Origin: Thermoplasmata archaeon
GTDB lineage: Archaea; Thermoplasmatota; E2; UBA202; JdFR-43
Direction: 5' to 3'
Assembly: GCA_021162065.1 (NCBI GenBank)
Contig: JAGGZK010000032.1
Coordinates: 1-60,046 of the forward strand
DNA: 60,046 nucleotides
The position numbers and the translations under genes are program-made. Under the pieces are notes generated by a model, which saw nothing but the letters and a program-made list of their open reading frames with translations, had not been told where the DNA came from and made no database searches. This document shows, piece after piece, positions 6,240 to 15,610 of this stretch; the stretch's first letter is position 1, and every line of letters starts with the position of its first letter.

Positions 6240-7785
6240 ACTCCCCAATTCTTCTCAGAACAAAATCCCTTCCCAAGGATTGGAGGAAGTAGCCTGCCCT
6301 TGGGCCTTTATCTCTGCCGAGCATTATTCTGTATATTGCTCTAAATGCCTTTCCTGCAGATATTCCGACTTCCTTCGCCGTATCATGTATGCAGGTATGT
6401 ATCTTCTCCGCCTCCCACTCCAGTTCCTCCATTTTTTTCTTCAGGGCAGAAAGAAATTTGATATCCTCCTCACTTAATTCCACATCCGGCTTTTCATGCA
6501 TCAGCTGGAATTTTATCTCCTCGGGAGCATAGTTTTCGAGCCAGTATTTTATCTTCTCATACCTCTCCCTCAGCCTTTCCATGTCGAAGTCCTTTATCTC
6601 ATGCTTTCTGCTGAGTATCTCCACCACCTCCTCAAAATTTCGCCCTATTTGAGCCACCACGGCGAGATGGCGGTATGGAATGCTGAGAGGCATTCTGCTG
6701 GGAATGGAATGGGGCTGGGAGAGTTCATAAACTCTTCTTGCATCTTTTGTCCCCGCTGTCTCCCCCTCCAAGCCAAAGTATATGCGCTCATATCTGTCGT
6801 ATTCATCCACCAAGTCCAGGAGGCCAAAGCCTGTATCGAACTCTATGTGGCGATTTGGCTCATACTTCATGAAGAGGAAACGGAGTACTTCAGAGGGCAG
6901 CATGCGAAGCACCTCTTCAGAGGAAACAGCCACGCCTGTGGAACCATGCATCGCTCCTCTGCCCTTAAGATGGATGAATTCATAAACCAGAGGCATGGGA
7001 GGGGGATGATGGAAAATTTCCTTCACAATGACTTTTCCAGTATCCCATGAACTTCCCGCGGCAGCATGGTCCTTGCCGAAGGCCTCGAAGGTGACACCAA
7101 ATATTTTCCATCTTGCCGGCCAGTCCACCCTCCAGGGAAGTTTTCCCGCCCCTCCTTTCCGCAGATCAACCTCTCCCTCAAATCCGCAGGATTTACATTT
7201 GTAAGAGGCAAGAGGCCATTCATATGCCACAATTTCTCCATTCAGTTTCCCGCATTTCTCGCACTTCACATTGAAGGGCATCCATGTTTCGGGCAGGCCG
7301 CGGTGGGCAATGCTGTTCATTATCTCTCTTATCTTCCCTGCATTATCCATCGCCACCTTTATGGCCTCGTTATATATCCCCTTTCTGTAAACCTCATGGG
7401 CCAAATACACATGGGGCCTTACACCCAAATCCTTCAAACTTTCAAGGAATGGCTCAAGGAAGTGCATGGCATAGTTCTCATGCTCCCCACATGGGCAGGG
7501 TATATCCGCCAGAGGCATTCCCACATATTTTTCATACTCCTCGGGCAGAAAGGGATACACCTTGCGGAGGGGGTCGAAAGTGTCGCCTATGTATATGAGT
7601 TCCGCCTCCGCCCCCCTGTCCTTCAGAGCCCTGTAGATGGCCTCTGTGGTCATCACCTCTCTTAAATTGCCAACATGGATGGGGCCGGACGGCGTTATGG
7701 CCGTGGCAAGAACATGCCTCCTATTTTCCATGGCCAGTTTCTCGGCCACCACATCTGCCCAGTGCACAACAGGAAATGCCCCCAT
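6232..7785 (-). CDS. lysK: lysyl-tRNA synthetase, class I (archaeal type)
   Basis: PSGPIHVGNLREV (HIGH-type motif), an internal Cys-rich insertion (CPCG...CEKCG...CKSCG), and length and layout typical of class I LysRS. Confidence 0.93.
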   Translation of the reverse strand: MGAFPVVHWADVVAEKLAMENRRHVLATAITPSGPIHVGNLREVMTTEAIYRALKDRGAEAELIYIGDTFDPLRKVYPFLPEEYEKYVGMPLADIPCPCGEHENYAMHFLEPFLESLKDLGVRPHVYLAHEVYRKGIYNEAIKVAMDNAGKIREIMNSIAHRGLPETWMPFNVKCEKCGKLNGEIVAYEWPLASYKCKSCGFEGEVDLRKGGAGKLPWRVDWPARWKIFGVTFEAFGKDHAAAGSSWDTGKVIVKEIFHHPPPMPLVYEFIHLKGRGAMHGSTGVAVSSEEVLRMLPSEVLRFLFMKYEPNRHIEFDTGFGLLDLVDEYDRYERIYFGLEGETAGTKDARRVYELSQPHSIPSRMPLSIPYRHLAVVAQIGRNFEEVVEILSRKHEIKDFDMERLRERYEKIKYWLENYAPEEIKFQLMHEKPDVELSEEDIKFLSALKKKMEELEWEAEKIHTCIHDTAKEVGISAGKAFRAIYRIMLGRDKGPRAGYFLQSLGRDFVLRRIGEFI

Positions 7786-7843
7786 GATTTTTATCTTTTT
7801 GGTTTTAATGTAAAAAGAGAATAAGGGAAAAGATGTTCTGCCA

Positions 7844-8065
7844 TTACTCGTACTGTGCTGCCTCGTCTATGGGCTCCTTCACCTCATTTCCCTTTATGAA
7901 AACAGGGTGGGAGATTATGGTTCTCCTGCAGCAGTACCTTCTTACTCCCAGCTCATCCAGCACCTTCTTGGCATCCTCTCCGTCTATGTACACCCTCTTC
8001 TTATACTCCTCAAATATGGAGCCCAGCACCTTTCCGCATGTGAAACATCTCACGGGTATTATCAT
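7844..8065 (-). CDS. rpoN: DNA-directed RNA polymerase subunit N (Rpo10)
   Basis: [13 protein letters not shown]...RYCCRR zinc-binding pattern. Start set at internal ATG 8065, 4 nt after the S9 stop. The track's longer ORF would overlap rps9. Confidence 0.9.
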   Translation of the reverse strand: MIIPVRCFTCGKVLGSIFEEYKKRVYIDGEDAKKVLDELGVRRYCCRRTIISHPVFIKGNEVKEPIDEAAQYE

Positions 8066-8069
8066 TCTC

Positions 8070-8468
8070 TCACCTGTAGGACTTCTGCCTCCTCTTCCTT
8101 GCTCCTCTGCCAAGCTGCTTCTTGGGCTCCGCCCTCCTTGTATCGCTCACCAGCAGACTTCTGTCATATTCCATGAACATCTGCTTTATTTCCTCATCTC
8201 CTGAAAACTCTGCCAGCGCTTTGGCTATGGCCGTCCTTGCCGCCTCCGCCTGGCTGACGGGCCCGCCGCCCCTGACATTCACCCTTATATCCACCCCCTT
8301 ACTGTATTTTTCCGCAAGTTTGAGGGGCTCCTCCATTATGCTGCGCAGGAATGGCGGAAAGGCTGCAAGGTTCATACTGTTTATCCTCACCACTCCCTTT
8401 CCCTTGGCTATGTATGCCCTTGCAATTGCACTTTTTCTCTTCCCGGATGTAATAATTACTTCTGCCAT
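8070..8468 (-). CDS. rps9: 30S ribosomal protein S9 (uS9)
   Basis: [12 protein letters not shown]..., [19 protein letters not shown] and C-terminal ...RRQKSYR, typical of uS9. Confidence 0.95.
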   Translation of the reverse strand: MAEVIITSGKRKSAIARAYIAKGKGVVRINSMNLAAFPPFLRSIMEEPLKLAEKYSKGVDIRVNVRGGGPVSQAEAARTAIAKALAEFSGDEEIKQMFMEYDRSLLVSDTRRAEPKKQLGRGARKRRQKSYR

Positions 8469-8869
8469 TTTACTCCCAGATACTCCGACAATTCTTTCAG
8501 GGTTATATAGTTTACCGATTTTTTGAGATTCAACCTCTCCATCTCCTTGTCCTTCAGCTCGTCAGGCACACCAATATAAACCTTCAATTTTTTATACGCA
8601 TTCCTCCCCTTCGGCTGCTGATAGGGGAGCATTCCTCTCACGGTCCTCTTTATTATCATATGAGGCATTTTTGGAAAATAGGGACCCTTCCTCTTCGTTC
8701 CACCTATCTCCCTCTTTCTTCTGTATCGGCTTATTATTTCCTCCTTATTTCCATTTATTATCGCCCTTTCCGCATTGACTATAAATATCTCTTCCCCGTT
8801 CAGCAGCCGCTTTGCCACTAGGGAAGCCAACCTGCCTATGGGCATATCACTGGCATCTATAACCGTCAT
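8456..8869 (-). CDS. rpl13: 50S ribosomal protein L13 (uL13)
   Basis: IDASDMPIGRLASLVAKRLLNGEEIFIVNAERAIINGN matches the uL13 N-terminal signature. It sits in the conserved L18e-L13-S9-RpoN order. Confidence 0.95.
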   Translation of the reverse strand: MTVIDASDMPIGRLASLVAKRLLNGEEIFIVNAERAIINGNKEEIISRYRRKREIGGTKRKGPYFPKMPHMIIKRTVRGMLPYQQPKGRNAYKKLKVYIGVPDELKDKEMERLNLKKSVNYITLKELSEYLGVKWQK

Positions 8870-9229
8870 TTAACCACCTATTATTCTTACATTACTCCCC
8901 TTGGGATTTTTCTCCACAAGTTCGCGGATGCTATAGCATTTTCCTCCAGCCTTCTCTATCTTCTCCCTCGCTGTCTTGGAGAATTTCCAGGCTGCCACCT
9001 CTATGCCACCCGCATCTCCCATCCCAAGCACCTTCCCCGGAACGAGGGCAATCTCCCCTTCCTTCAGATGCTTGACTATCTTTCCCACATTAACCTCCGC
9101 CCAGTTCTTGGATGGCTTCTCCAGTTTCCTTGCCACTGCCTTCCAGATGGCGGCATTGTTCTTTCTGGATGCCTCATATAGCATATCAATGGTACGCAGG
9201 AGTTGTGGATTCGTCTTTCTTCTTCTCAT
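8870..9229 (-). CDS. rpl18e: 50S ribosomal protein L18e
   Basis: NPQLLRTIDMLYEASRKNNAAIWKAVARKLEKPSKNWAEVNVGKI is typical of archaeal L18e. Its position directly upstream of rpl13 agrees. Confidence 0.9.
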   Translation of the reverse strand: MRRRKTNPQLLRTIDMLYEASRKNNAAIWKAVARKLEKPSKNWAEVNVGKIVKHLKEGEIALVPGKVLGMGDAGGIEVAAWKFSKTAREKIEKAGGKCYSIRELVEKNPKGSNVRIIGG

Positions 9230-9283
9230 TGGAAGGCAATATAAAAAAGTGTTTTATAAGATTTGCCCTTGCCTCTCATTCCA

Positions 9284-10960
9284 TCACGCCAGTCCGTATA
9301 TCTTTCTGTACGTCTCCGATGATACGATTTCATCCTTTCTCTCCCTGAATTTCTCCACCCTTTCCTTTGCTTCCATGGATTTTTTGACGAGTTTCTCCGC
9401 CCTTTCGCCTGTAACTTTGTGCTTTGAGAGATATCTGTCCCTATGAATGTTTGGAAATACGTTGTATGTGCAGAAGGGTATGAGACGATTACCGGCAAGA
9501 TAATGAATGCTGCATCTCTGGACTCTATTGACATCGTAGTTGTAATAATCTTGGAAATGCATCATCCCAAGGAATAAAAACTGATGATGGAACTTGCCCA
9601 GCGCCCTATAATCTCCCTTCTCTATCACGTCCTCCAGTATCTCTGAAAGTTTATCGCCACTCGGCAGCTCATCCTGAATGATGTATTCCTTCAATTTCTC
9701 CGCCAGTGCCTTCCTCATGCTCCCGTATTTTATGGCATCCGGCACAAGTTTTGCTCCAAACAATGCCTTTTTCAGCGCACTGGACTGAATCTGGGAAATA
9801 TCCCCTATGAATTTATCCACGTCCACGAACTCCGTTATGGGAATAAGCCTATCATGCTCCCTGTCCGCATAGGCATAGGTTGCTATGCCGCACTTCTCAT
9901 TGTTGTAGAAATGAACATGGGGCTCCTTCCCTATTATGTCCGCCAGGGCGGCAACGGTAGGCACAGGATACCATGCCTCCATGCCGAAGTTGAATGCCTT
10001 TCTCATCTCCTCCACTATGTCCGATTGCACCACCCTTAACTTATCCCTGTCTCCCTTCTTTATGTGCCCCACCAGAGATATGGGCTGAAAGTTAACGCCC
10101 CTTATGCCGATGGCATAGTTTCTCATGGCAAATCTTGCTATCTCGGGTGTTTCCTTCAGATTGAGTTGGCTTACCGTGGGAACAAGAACAACGCTTTTTA
10201 TTCCTCCCCTGTGATATGCCTCCAGGGCAAAAGGCATCTCATAATGATTTTTGGCATTACTGTTTGCCTCCGGCCTCATCCCATCGAAGGAGGTGTATAT
10301 GGTTTTCAGCCCCGCTTCCACCCATCTATTCACCCTTTTGATGGTTTCCTCAGGATTCTCAAAATAATCTATTGCCAGTGAGATGGAATTGGTATTGAGC
10401 TGGACATGGGCCGAGCCCATATCCCTCATCATCTTTATCATCTCCGACAAATCCTTTCTCAAACTTGGCTCCCCTCCGGTTATCTGAATGGGTGGGACAT
10501 AGCCGTTGAATCTTTTCGCCACCTCCAGCCCTTCCCTTATTTCCTCCAGCGTTGGCTCATAGACAAAACCGGCCTTCTCCTCATAGAAGAAGCAGTACCA
10601 GCATCTCAAGTCGCATCTGTTGGTGACAACAACATTGAGAAGGGCTGTCGTATTCTTATGCTGCTTGCAGAGCCCGCAACTCACCAGATCTTTACCATGC
10701 TCTATATCCGTATTTATCTTCGCCACATGATATTTTTCAGATGGCTTGAATTTCATTATTTTTTCCCAGTATCCCTTTGTGCCTATCCTTTCCATGGTAC
10801 CGGATTTTTTCAGAAGATATACAACGTCATCCTTCTCCACATAGGCAGCATCTATGGTTTCCGGTATACCCGTTTCCTTCAATGCCGCCTCATCAACGCT
10901 TTTTGTGAATTCCAGTATTTTAAAACCACTCTCCTGGGCAATCTCTTCGAGCGTTTTCAT
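9284..10960 (-). CDS. large radical SAM enzyme, COG1964-like; candidate tetraether lipid synthase (Tes/GDGT-MAS family)
   Basis: CxxxCxxC motif NRCDLRCWYC, preceded by a CGLC pair. About 558 aa with C-terminal GMMHFQDYYNYDVNRVQRCSIHY...IPFCTYN, as I recall for this family. The radical SAM assignment is firm; the Tes assignment is tentative. Confidence 0.6.
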   Translation of the reverse strand: MKTLEEIAQESGFKILEFTKSVDEAALKETGIPETIDAAYVEKDDVVYLLKKSGTMERIGTKGYWEKIMKFKPSEKYHVAKINTDIEHGKDLVSCGLCKQHKNTTALLNVVVTNRCDLRCWYCFFYEEKAGFVYEPTLEEIREGLEVAKRFNGYVPPIQITGGEPSLRKDLSEMIKMMRDMGSAHVQLNTNSISLAIDYFENPEETIKRVNRWVEAGLKTIYTSFDGMRPEANSNAKNHYEMPFALEAYHRGGIKSVVLVPTVSQLNLKETPEIARFAMRNYAIGIRGVNFQPISLVGHIKKGDRDKLRVVQSDIVEEMRKAFNFGMEAWYPVPTVAALADIIGKEPHVHFYNNEKCGIATYAYADREHDRLIPITEFVDVDKFIGDISQIQSSALKKALFGAKLVPDAIKYGSMRKALAEKLKEYIIQDELPSGDKLSEILEDVIEKGDYRALGKFHHQFLFLGMMHFQDYYNYDVNRVQRCSIHYLAGNRLIPFCTYNVFPNIHRDRYLSKHKVTGERAEKLVKKSMEAKERVEKFRERKDEIVSSETYRKIYGLA

Positions 10961-11064
10961 AATGTTTTCCGATTGCCTTAGATGTATTTATAATTTTCTC
11001 AATGGTGAAAAGTGGGCAAGAGTGGCAAGAACAAATAATTAAATAATTCCTTTCTTTTAACATC

Positions 11065-12546
11065 ATGGAAAGGCGGGGACATCTGCTGTTCATTCTGATC
11101 GTGGCTTTAATATTCGTCGCCATCGTTGTTTACAATGAGAGCAGAAAGGAAGGGAGTGTGGAGGCAAAACCCGTTTTTTCAGGCGATTATGATCCCACCA
11201 CGGACATACAAGTAATATTTCGCATAGACAGAATAAGGAAGATAGATTTTGAGCTGAACGAGGAGCCAACCATGGAACTGGAGATATCCATAGATGGGAC
11301 CACATATGAAGTGGGTCCCTGGAAGGGACTGGATGTATACCCGAGGTGGAGGCACATACAGGATGTGGATGACGGCAAGGAAAATGTCAGCATAGAGGTT
11401 AAATTATATGAGATTCAGGGAGAGGAAAAGATTCTGTCTGATATAAGCCCGGCGGATGGAGATTATACGGGTAAGACGCTGAAACTTACATACTCCATAA
11501 AAACTGGCGAGTGGTGGGGTGAAGACTGGCTTGGAGATGAGAATGGCTATGGCCATGCTTCCGGCACGGAAGATGGCAACTATGGGGAAAATGATTATGA
11601 GATATTCTTTGACATATATCAGACAGATGCCGATGGTGACCGCCTAACCTACTGGGAGGAGGTGAATGTTTATCATACCGATCCGAATGCCAGCGATTAT
11701 GGAAAGGATTATGATAATGATGGCGTGCCCATCCAGTGGGAGGATAAATATGGCTATGATCCATTTACCCCAGAAAACCACTCCACCCTCGACCCTGACA
11801 AGGATGGAATACAGAACATAGAGGAGTATTGGATGGAAGAGTGGCATTCCGATCCCTTCTGCCAGGATGTTTTTGTAGAGGTGGACTACATGAAAAATCT
11901 GCTCTTCGGCACCACCACCTTGCCAGAGTACTCAAAGGAAAAGGTGATGTCTGCCTTCACCAAGCACAACATAGTTCTTCACATAGATGATGGGCTGATG
12001 GGCGGCGGCGGGGAGGTGCTGCCCTATGAAAAATTCTACACCCCAGAGAAACTTTCCCTTTATTACAAGGAATATTTCCTTCATAACGGAAGGGAAGAAT
12101 GGAGAAAGGGCATTTTCAGATATGCGGTGATGGTTCACTACACAATACCATCAAGGAAAAATGTGGCCGGCTACTCCTACTGGCCCACCAACGAGGATAA
12201 ATTCTGCGCCTTTGTTGTGGGAACAAGGGTAATCAAGAATTATCGCTTTACTCCACTGGCGAGGCAGACGGCCACGGCAAGTCTATTCATGCATGAACTT
12301 GGCCACACCCTGGGCATATTCTGGCATACCTATCATGGATGCGACAACATGACCACCATTTATCCATGGCTCAGTGGATGGGATATATATGGTAACTACA
12401 AGAGCTGCATGAACTATCGCTATGCCTGGCAGTTGGTGGATTACTCGGACGGCAGTCATGGAGAAGGCGACTTCGATGACTGGAGCCATATAGACCCTGC
12501 TTTCTTTGAGAAGAACTTCTTTGCGGAGCCACCGATAATACTATAA
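11065..12546 (+). CDS. membrane-anchored/secreted zinc metalloprotease with thrombospondin-type-3-like Ca-binding repeats
   Basis: N-terminal TM/signal anchor (LLFILIVALIFVAIVVY). Asp-rich repeats TDADGDRLTYWEE, DYDNDGVPIQWED and DPDKDGIQNIEEY. HEXXH site FMHELGHTLGIFWH (metzincin-like). Confidence 0.7.
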   Translation: MERRGHLLFILIVALIFVAIVVYNESRKEGSVEAKPVFSGDYDPTTDIQVIFRIDRIRKIDFELNEEPTMELEISIDGTTYEVGPWKGLDVYPRWRHIQDVDDGKENVSIEVKLYEIQGEEKILSDISPADGDYTGKTLKLTYSIKTGEWWGEDWLGDENGYGHASGTEDGNYGENDYEIFFDIYQTDADGDRLTYWEEVNVYHTDPNASDYGKDYDNDGVPIQWEDKYGYDPFTPENHSTLDPDKDGIQNIEEYWMEEWHSDPFCQDVFVEVDYMKNLLFGTTTLPEYSKEKVMSAFTKHNIVLHIDDGLMGGGGEVLPYEKFYTPEKLSLYYKEYFLHNGREEWRKGIFRYAVMVHYTIPSRKNVAGYSYWPTNEDKFCAFVVGTRVIKNYRFTPLARQTATASLFMHELGHTLGIFWHTYHGCDNMTTIYPWLSGWDIYGNYKSCMNYRYAWQLVDYSDGSHGEGDFDDWSHIDPAFFEKNFFAEPPIIL

Positions 12547-12585
12547 AAGGAAAATAAAAGGAAAAGGGAAGAGGAAAGGATAGTG

Positions 12586-15543
12586 TCATATGTTGAATAT
12601 CCATACTTTTTGTTCATCCATGGCTGTGTTGCCTGCAGCATCATATGCCACTATTTTTATTTCATGCCTCCCTATAATAGATTCATCCCAGAACCATGTG
12701 AATGGAGAAATATAGCTCGAATTTTTGAATTCACCATCTACATAAAAAGAAACATTTGAAATACCTATATTATCGTCTGCATCTGCCTCTATTGTTACCC
12801 CTCCAATGATTACCGTGAAAGGCGATGGAATTATTTTTCTATCGTTAAGATAAAGCCCATTCCTTGGTTTAACCAGTTCAACAGTTGGGGGAGTCGTATC
12901 TGAAAGAATTGTAAATGTTGCATCGGATATATCTTGCCCAGTGTTAACACCATCTGTCGCAATGACTTTTATGAGGCATTTATCTCCCGGTGGAAGCCAG
13001 CGAGTATCCAAAATATAGTTGTTTCCAGTAACATCTATATCAATAGGAAGCCATGTTTCTCCACTATCATTGCTATATGATATTGCGAATGTAAGTTCAT
13101 CTGCATCTGCATCATATGCTTCCCATGTGATTGTATAATTTTCGCCTGGGTGTAAAATTTCGCCACCATTTGGATGAGTAACTGTAACAGTAGGAGAATT
13201 CTCGCTCACTATCCTACTTGCCAAAACATTTCCATCTTTGTCTCTTAGTTGAATCTCTTTTGTTCCATTTATCCAAGGAATTCTAAGACAAAAACCTGAT
13301 ATATTTGTTTCTACTGGCGACTCCGAAAACTTAACAAAGGAGGTGTTAAAACCTGCAAGACCGAGTAAATTACCATGTTCATCTAAGAAACCAAAGCTAT
13401 AATCCCCAACATCCCCTATCTCAGCATCTACTAAGTTTCTTTGTGAGAGATGATAAAATGGATCTATTTCAACTCTACCATCTCTATAAATCAGCCCACT
13501 AACAACCATTATTTCGGGGGGGTCTTTTGGTATTTTATTCCATAAAATATTGTAACATTCTTTACATATCCAATCATTCCCAAAAGTTTTCGGTGGGATG
13601 GGTGGGCCCATAAAGCATTTTCCTTCTTTCTGCAGGATCCCCTTAATAATCCAATATATAGTAGCAGAACGATCATGATCCTGTAATCCATATGTATGTC
13701 CGATTTCATGTGCAGGGGTAGTCCAGTAATCAACTTCGCAAATTACCACTGGGATGTTGGGATAAGCAAAACCATTTGTGGTTGGAGTAGTATCTGGCGA
13801 GTTTGCGAATATCCAACCCTTCCTAACTAAGCCTACAACACGAACATTTTCATCTGGGCTAGTCACACGAAATCTTCTTCCTAAATTTTTCAACCAATTA
13901 ATTTCTTGTTTTGTCGTAGGTTTTCCGGGTATAGTTGGAAAATATAACCTATATTCATTTTTTACATAACCAGCGCAGTATGAAGTTAGGGGATAAGTAG
14001 CATATATAAATTCTGCAGATTTAAAAGTCGTTTGTTCAAAGCCCCCAAACATGGCATCAGGTCGATTTCTTCCTACTCGAATGTAAAAGAGTTGCAAGTG
14101 CCCTTTTTTCACCTTAAACTCCCCACTTAATTTATTATTATTTATATTTGCTTCTCCTGCTACTGGAACTATTTCCACCTCTATCGTTATTTTCGGCTTA
14201 ATAACCTCCTTCTTAAGATATTTATTAGGTGGTGGAACCCATGGTTCCAGTTTATGAGGACCACCCTTTTTAATGGTCCTTATTTCCTCGCCAACTACCA
14301 CCCCATTAACCTTTACTATTACCTTTGTTTTCACATTTTTATTGAAAGTCGACTTATACCAGATCTCAACGAGAGTCGGCTTCTTCTCCACCAATTCAGG
14401 ACCGGATATTTTTCCAGTTTGACTTATACCAGCACCTTTAACAACCTGAATTGGATAGAACTCCAACAAAATAATATCTGGTGGCGAAATGTTATAATAT
14501 ACCGTTTCCTCATCATATCCATAATTTCCGGCAGCATCGCTTGCCTCTATTTTTATTTTATTCCACCCTTCATGCAATGTTATCGGAATTTCAAAGGAGA
14601 AATTGGTAGTTGGCTCTTCCAGTGGCCAGCTGCTTCCTGTCGCTCCTCCCTCCCATTCATGGGTGTATCCATAGGAAACCACCCCAACATTGTCCGTGAT
14701 GTATCCCCAGGCGGTTATATTGGGTTCAGTAAAAACACTTCCATTTTCGGGGTATTTCTTAACAACAACAGGTGGCTCTGTATCATTTCCAGATATGGTA
14801 ACTATCAACGGCTCAGACCACTCGCTTTCCTCGAGGTAAGGCAAATCTCTCGCCTTTGCTTTAACCTCATATGTCCCGGGCTCATCCCATGCATGAAATG
14901 TCTCAAAAGGCGTTCCAGAAGTAATGGGATCAAGCCATCCGGTGTTGGTACCATCTCCCCAGTCAATTAGATATTCCAGTGAGTCGCCATCTGGATCTGT
15001 TGTTACGGTGTTAAAATGCAAGGTCTCCTTAACCTTTCCTTCAGTTGGGCCTTCCGGCGTGGAGGGTTTATTTGGAGGAGTATTTGACGGGTTATACGTA
15101 ACATTGACACAATCCTCTCCTGTCGCCCCATATATGTTTTTAAATCTCACCGTAATCAGATTCCATCCTTCATGCAGCCCATATATATCTATTCTGAATT
15201 CAACATATTCTGCTGTTTCAAAATAGGACGAATTGGTTTTTGAACCACCCTTCCATTTCCATTCCCATTCCCAGTAGTTCATCCCATTATCATCGCTTGC
15301 ATATCCAAGAACAACTAAATGAGGATCTGTAACAACCGCTCCATCTTCTGGCTGGGTTATGACAACAACGGGTTGCAGCGTGGACAAAGGGCAATTGTTA
15401 TCCCTAAAGATTATGGTAGCAACAACCCTTTCATTTTCCCTTTTCCCCTTTTCATATTCATTACTTATAGTTATCCCACTAACCAAAAACAGAAAGGTTA
15501 TCAACAATACCAACAACCTTCTCATTTTTGCCTCCTTTCTCAC
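12586..15543 (-). CDS. large secreted HEXXH metalloprotease with PKD and Ig-like modules
   Basis: Signal peptide (MRRLLVLLITFLFLVSG). PKD signature DPDGDSLEYLIDWGDGT. Two paralogous modules ending in LHEGWN. Active site PAHEIGHTYGLQDHD. Ig-like C-terminal modules. The start could be Met7 (15525). Confidence 0.75.
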   Translation of the reverse strand: MRKEAKMRRLLVLLITFLFLVSGITISNEYEKGKRENERVVATIIFRDNNCPLSTLQPVVVITQPEDGAVVTDPHLVVLGYASDDNGMNYWEWEWKWKGGSKTNSSYFETAEYVEFRIDIYGLHEGWNLITVRFKNIYGATGEDCVNVTYNPSNTPPNKPSTPEGPTEGKVKETLHFNTVTTDPDGDSLEYLIDWGDGTNTGWLDPITSGTPFETFHAWDEPGTYEVKAKARDLPYLEESEWSEPLIVTISGNDTEPPVVVKKYPENGSVFTEPNITAWGYITDNVGVVSYGYTHEWEGGATGSSWPLEEPTTNFSFEIPITLHEGWNKIKIEASDAAGNYGYDEETVYYNISPPDIILLEFYPIQVVKGAGISQTGKISGPELVEKKPTLVEIWYKSTFNKNVKTKVIVKVNGVVVGEEIRTIKKGGPHKLEPWVPPPNKYLKKEVIKPKITIEVEIVPVAGEANINNNKLSGEFKVKKGHLQLFYIRVGRNRPDAMFGGFEQTTFKSAEFIYATYPLTSYCAGYVKNEYRLYFPTIPGKPTTKQEINWLKNLGRRFRVTSPDENVRVVGLVRKGWIFANSPDTTPTTNGFAYPNIPVVICEVDYWTTPAHEIGHTYGLQDHDRSATIYWIIKGILQKEGKCFMGPPIPPKTFGNDWICKECYNILWNKIPKDPPEIMVVSGLIYRDGRVEIDPFYHLSQRNLVDAEIGDVGDYSFGFLDEHGNLLGLAGFNTSFVKFSESPVETNISGFCLRIPWINGTKEIQLRDKDGNVLASRIVSENSPTVTVTHPNGGEILHPGENYTITWEAYDADADELTFAISYSNDSGETWLPIDIDVTGNNYILDTRWLPPGDKCLIKVIATDGVNTGQDISDATFTILSDTTPPTVELVKPRNGLYLNDRKIIPSPFTVIIGGVTIEADADDNIGISNVSFYVDGEFKNSSYISPFTWFWDESIIGRHEIKIVAYDAAGNTAMDEQKVWIFNI

Positions 15544-15610
15544 CCTGCGAGGTAGGTTTTTTATATATTTCGCCTCGCCCGTTTGCCATCACCTATGATA
15601 GCATATATCA

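Noticed and set aside
6496-7665. Two + strand ORFs (184 and 199 aa) inside the lysRS gene
   Set aside because: They are antisense shadows of a motif-bearing class I LysRS.
14254-14970. 238-aa + strand ORF inside the large metalloprotease gene
   Set aside because: It is antisense to a gene with signal peptide, PKD and HEXXH motifs. The translation is Leu/Ile/Phe-rich, with no signal or domain pattern.
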